Shown: one piece after another, positions 58,804 through 64,000 of the stretch | Position numbering within the stretch: position 1 is the stretch's first letter | Layout: each line of letters opens with the position of its first letter | Assembly: GCA_043228905.1 (NCBI GenBank) | Contig: JBHGNT010000015.1 | Coordinates: forward strand, 1,984,001 to 2,048,000 | Length of the DNA stretch: 64,000 bases | Reading direction: 5' to 3' | Source of the DNA: Azolla caroliniana | Taxonomy: Eukaryota; Plantae; Polypodiophyta | The notes under the pieces: model-generated | Seen by the model: only the letters and a program-made list of their open reading frames with translations | Told to the model about the DNA's origin: nothing | Databases searched by the model: none | Made by a program: the position numbers and the translations under genes

Positions 58804-61800
58804 CCGCTGCCCCCGCTTTGAGTTTGACGCCGGCTCGGAATATGAAGTTGCTGCCATCCTCGACTCCAAATTTGTTCGCAACAAACTTTATTATTTGGTC
58901 GATTGGCTCGGCTATAGTCCGAGCGAACGTACTTGGGAGCCCGTCGAGTGTGTCACTAATGCTCAGGATCTTCTTGTTGATTTTCACCAACAAACCCGAT
59001 CCTCAATCAGCGTCGACTCGTTCCACTCGTCGTCTTAAGGGGCGGAAAGTGTCATGATATGGCAAGACTTGAACCCATGACCTTATGGTATATGGGTCGA
59101 GCTCTTAACCATCACCCCATCTATTGCAATTCATAGGATATTATTTTCATTTATGCTTTATTATAAGAAAGTCATGTATATTCTAGATTTCTCTGGAACA
59201 TTCTAGAAGTTTCAGGATTACTCCTGAGAACACTATAAAAGAAGACACTAGGCATTATGTTGAACCAAATTGGTTCAATGCCAGTCTTAAGCCTCTTAAC
59301 CACTTTGTACTTATCCTTCACATAATATATAGTTGTTATCATCATCTCTCTCATCCTCGCTATCACTCTCTCCTCTTCTCTCTCTCTCTCTCTCTCGGGA
59401 ATCTTACGCAGTCCCGTCCTCTTAGTACTAATAGTACTTCTCTTCTTTAGTACTAATTCTCTCTCTGTTTTAGTAGTATTCCTGACATCGTGGATGTCCC
59501 AACCATCACGAAAAACCTGGTCTCAGTCGGCCAAATTGTCGAACAAGGCATGCAAGTACGATTCAACATTGGCGGACGGATGCTTCATTGAAAAAGATGA
59601 TCGAGTCGTAGCTCACGACTGTCGAGAAGGCCAAATGTTTATCCTCGAGTTGAGCGAGGTGAAGTCCGCTATGTTTGCTAATGGCATCAAAGTAGAAACT
59701 GGCTTGAAACTGTGGCACAAGCAAATTGGCCACATCAATCTCCGGAAACTCTAGAACATGCAATCAAAAGGAGTTTTAATCGGACTCCCGAACTTTACCA
59801 AGAAGGAGATTGTGGGCGTATGCGAGGCTTGCCAGTTTGGAAAACAACGCCGACATCCATTTCCAAAAGAGAAGAATGTGAGCAAAGGGATCCTGGATGT
59901 CGTACATTCAGATGTATGGGGTCCAACACAAACATCCACATTCGGCGGATTCCGATATTATGTCACGTTCATTGACGACTTCTCCAGGCACACCTAGATC
60001 TACCTGATGAAACACAAGAGTGAAGTGTTCAACCACTTTCAAAGGTTCAAATATGAAGTCGAAAAGGCTACGGGACAACACATACGATGTCTTCGATCAG
60101 ATGGAGGAAAAGAATACTTCTCAGCCGAATTTACGGCGTATCTCCGAAAGGAAGGAATTCGACAAGAACTCTCATGTTGGCACACACCTTAGCAAAACGG
60201 CGTAGCCAAGGGAAAAAATCGGCAGATAGTAGATGTTTCATGGGCGATGATGAACAGAAATCATTCGGGGCAGAAGCGGCTACCACCGCCGTATACCTCA
60301 TGAACAGGTGTACAACCTCAGGGGTACACGACGTAACCCTGTATGAGATGTTTTTCGGAAAGAAGCATGAGTTATCACATGTGCATATTTTCGGTTCGAT
60401 CGTCTATGTGCATATTCCTGACAAGACACGACAAAAACTCGACCCGAATTTGGAGAAATGTATCCTCGTAGGATACTTAGTGGAGCAAAAAGGGTACAAG
60501 TTCTATAACCCCTCAACTCGAAAAGTTCGAGTAAGTCGATACATCGTTTTCGACGAGTCCGCATCCTAGTACGCACTAGAGACAACTTCGACTCTAATTC
60601 CGCTTGACCCGGAATCCGCCGAAATAGAGATAGAAGACGAAGATCGGCTCATGCACATGTTCGAAGAAAGCCCGATTATGACAAGGCTTAGTGGGCCTCA
60701 GGAGGTTCCGAGTGATCAAAGCTTATCTCGGACGAGTCTGAAGCTGGACAAAGGGAAGGTGAAAATGCCTGAATATGAAGACTTGATGGAGAATGAGTCA
60801 ACTCATAGTGAGTTCGAAGGCATCGACATCCAGACAAAAGGAGCGAAGAAAGCCATTGCTACGGCAAACAAAAAACTACGTTGTTCGACATGTGGAAAGA
60901 ACCCTGTAAGTCGATACGGCGACGATGAGTACATGGTGTACCATTACGCCTTTATGATGAAGGTTGCAACTGTACGGGAGCCGGAAACCTTTTCCGAAGC
61001 CGCCAAGGACCTACGATGGGTCGGCACGATGAATGAAGAAAAGCAAGCCTTATGCAAAATCGAGACATGGGATCTCGTTCCTCAATCTCTGCACAAGAAA
61101 GCGATTGGATATAGATGGATTTACAAAGTGAAACACAATGCTGACCGCTCTGTAAATCGCTTCAAAGCATGACTCGTAGTGAAAGGATACACACAAACAC
61201 ATGGAGTCGATTACAACGAGACCTTTGCCCCGGTGGCAAAGATGACAACGGTGCAGACGGTGATCGCATTCGCAACAGCGAAAGGGTGGCACCTCCACGA
61301 AATGGACGTCAAGAACGCCTTTCTTCAAGGAAAATTGGAAGAGGAGGTGTATATGGTACAACCACCCGACTTTGAATCATGTACTCATCCAAAAGCCGTG
61401 TGCCGACTCAAGAAGCCGCTCTATGGTCTGAAGCAAGTACCGCGTGCTTGGCATTCGAAGCTCACGCAGTATCGTCACCAAATCGGATTTCAAATGTCGA
61501 AATCCGACAACTCCCTATACATCCGAAACAAGTCAAACAACCCAATTGTCATCATCCTATACGTGGATGATTTGGTAATTGGAGGACTAAATCTAGCCGA
61601 AGTCAATACGGTGAAATCACTCCTATCCGGAAGATTTGACATGAAAGATATGCAGGAGCTCCATTACTTCGTTGGAATCAAAATAATTCGGACACCAGTC
61701 GGGATCCTAATCTCTCAACGACACTACATTCTCAACTTACTCTACAAGTTCGGAATGACCGAGTGCAAACATGTGTCTACTCCTTTTGACCGTAATCTTA

Positions 61801-62803
61801 AGCTCGATGTCGATTCCCACACACCCGAGTGCGAGCCAACTCAATATCGCCAACTCGTCGGCAACCTCATCTCCCTAACCATCACGCGACCTAACCTCAG
61901 CTATTCTGTCGGCCTAGTTAGCCAATTCATGTAGAACCCACAGAATCTCCATCGCGATTGCGCTAAGAGGATACTTCGGTATGTCAATGGTACAATGGAT
62001 TACGACATTATGTACAAGTTGAATATGCTTATTCGACTCGAAGGGTACATAGAAGTGGATTGGGCCGAATATAAGGATGATAGACGATCGACATCCAGAT
62101 TCATCTTCTCCCTCGGTAGCGGAGTGATCTCGTGGAGCAGCAAGAAGCAACCGGCAGTCGTACTATTGAGCACGGAGGCTGAATACAGGGGCACAACAGT
62201 TGTTGCATGAAGCGGATACTAAACGATCTAGGCGTACCCATCAAAGATCCGATTTGCTTATATTGCAACAACATCAACATTATCTACCTGGCTCGCAACC
62301 TCTTATTTTTTACGTGCGGCCTAAACACATCGAAGTGCACTACCACTTCATTCGCAAGCGCGTTCAGGCCGGAGAAATCGATCTACAACACATCAGTACA
62401 CACCTTCAAGTCGTTGATATCTTTATGAAGGCCTTAGGCATCGATAAGCTCAGGCAATTCGCATCCGACCTTGGTCTCACAATATCCACATTACCGAGCT
62501 TGAGGGGGAGTACAACAGGCGACACGGAAGCAGCCGATAGCAGCCAACACAGATGTAGCCGATTAGTTGATCGAAGCCAACCAAATGATTCAAAGTACGA
62601 TGGCAGTAGTCAAGCCGAACAAGGAGCATGAAGCCGAAAAGTCGAACAAGAGTTTGGATGAGTAGGATTATGAAAGCCGAAAGCCGATTCATTTGAATCG
62701 AAATACTTCGAAGACCAAACCAAAACAACTTTTCGACAGATGGAACTTGTGTTCGAAGGGGCGTGTTGAGAGTCGAACTCAACCTCCCATAGAGATAGGT
62801 TTC

Positions 62804-64000
62804 TGTTGAGCGGCAAGCTCAACCGGAGCCGGATCGGCTGAATAAGCCGGAGCCGGTAAGCGAGACGGATCGGGCGAAACGAATCGGTATGACGGTGAGC
62901 AACCGAACCGGCAAGCAGTGGAGGTCGGGTGCAATCCATAACCGGAAGTCCAATCGGAAGCCTAGTATAGGATAGACTACTAGGTAGCTATAGTCTCGTA
63001 GTAGGTGTCAGATGCTCGTGTGAGCATTGAAGTACATGGTACTTCTGTCAGTCCCAAGAGGACTTGTATAAATAGTGCTACTTAGCATAGTGTGTATACA
63101 GAAAGTCTTGATATAATTTTGAAATCGTGTTCTGATCTCTCTCTCTCTCTCTCTCTCTGTGTTGTTCTTTGTTTTACGCTTCCGCAAACACTTACATTTA
63201 CATGGTATCAGAGCGCGAGGGTTGAGAACCTCTGCTGTAGACATTTACTCTTGAGAAGAAAACCCTAACAGGTCGAAAACAGACACAGTAGAAGACATGG
63301 ATAGAGGCATGGCTACGTCGCTCCCGGTGGAGAAGCTCGATAGGAGCAATTACGCATCCTGGTCTTACAAGATGCACCAGTACCTGCTTGGACACGGGTA
63401 CTGGAGTTATGTCGAAGGAGCGAATGATGCGGCGCCAGACTCGGCACACAAGGACTTCCCGGTATGGGAACAGGCGGCAAGTAGGGTGATGTACTGCTTC
63501 ACGTCCAGTGTCGGCGATCAGCTGCTCAGCCACATCCGTGACGCCAAGACACCGAAGGATGCTTGGGGGAACCTGAAAAAGGTTTTCGCCGCAAGCACCA
63601 CTGCCCGGAAGCTGCAACTCAGACAGGAGTTGAGCAATGTTCGACAGAAGAACATGTCTGTGGCAGAGTACACGGGCCGGATAAAGGAGATCTGCGACTC
63701 GCTCGCCTCTATCAATGTTACCGTAGAGGAAGGCGAGATGGTGCAGGTATGTCTCGGAGGCCTGGCGTCCAAGTTCGGAGTGTTCCGGACTGCAATGTGT
63801 ACAAGGGAGAATACCCCCTCATTCTTCGACTTACAGTCGATGCTCCTTGTAGAGGAGAACCACGCCGGTGCATCTAACAGTGCATCCCCGGACAGCCGAA
63901 TGCTGTACACGGGAACGGATCGGCTCCGTGGGCATGGTGGAAGAGGTGGGTCGGCACGCAATGGAGGCGGCCGGCAAGAGCGGGAACGGAGGCACTATGA
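62804..64000 (+). mobile_element. 5' part of a younger Ty1/copia element inserted in the 3' LTR of 52231-62803; continues beyond the window
   Basis: LTR 62804-63202 (TGTTGAG...TTTACA); PBS TGGTATCAGAGC 63203-63214. Confidence 0.9.
63297..64000 (+). CDS. gag: Copia gag, open to the window end
   Basis: MDRGMATSLPVEKLDRSNYASWSYKMHQYLLGHGYW...RKLQLRQEL..; no stop seen. Confidence 0.85.
   Translation, partial: MDRGMATSLPVEKLDRSNYASWSYKMHQYLLGHGYWSYVEGANDAAPDSAHKDFPVWEQAASRVMYCFTSSVGDQLLSHIRDAKTPKDAWGNLKKVFAASTTARKLQLRQELSNVRQKNMSVAEYTGRIKEICDSLASINVTVEEGEMVQVCLGGLASKFGVFRTAMCTRENTPSFFDLQSMLLVEENHAGASNSASPDSRMLYTGTDRLRGHGGRGGSARNGGGRQERERRHY

Larger units (their letters stand above)
53757..59487 (+). 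mobile_element. Full-length decayed Tcn1-like chromovirus
   Basis: LTRs at 53757-54202 and 59050-59487; TSD TCCTG/TCGTG (one mismatch); gag 54272-55429 (KFDGTRSQFRGFL); pol 55426-59038 with chromodomain; many stops. Confidence 0.93.
52231..62803 (+). mobile_element. Decayed Ty1/copia element (Ale/Ivana-like); hosts a Tcn1-like element; 3' LTR interrupted after 40 bp
   Basis: 5' LTR 52231-52534; PBS TGGTATCAGAGC 52535-52546; gag remnants 52650-53756; INT/RT/RH remnants 59493-62500 (HSDVWGP, DGGKEY, YVDDL); 3' LTR start 62764-62803. Confidence 0.88.

Overview
Eukaryotic, gene-free heterochromatin-like window made almost entirely of nested LTR retrotransposons. The lineage mix (Tcn1-like chromoviruses, a fungal-like/Phygy-like Gypsy, Athila-like Gypsy, Tork- and Ale/Ivana-like Copia) suggests a non-seed plant such as a moss; this is inference. 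I resolved about 14 insertions or fragments, most with LTR ends and several with PBS/PPT and target-site duplications (TSDs). One is an intact Copia with apparently identical LTRs (9798-15164). The most unusual system is a pair of diverged Athila-like Gypsy elements nested in one another (A: 32626-51439; B: 33290-43122). Both carry a large extra sense ORF after pol (conserved N-terminal domain plus coiled coil). Both also lack a polypurine tract: 2 nt before the 3' LTR they have a hairpin-interrupted copy of what I recognise as a tRNA-Arg 3' end ending in CCA, suggesting tRNA-primed or tRNA-mimic plus-strand priming. The Tcn1-like LTRs show a Tf1-type self-priming signature, perfect heat-shock elements and a tRNA-like terminal hairpin. 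No host protein-coding gene was identified.
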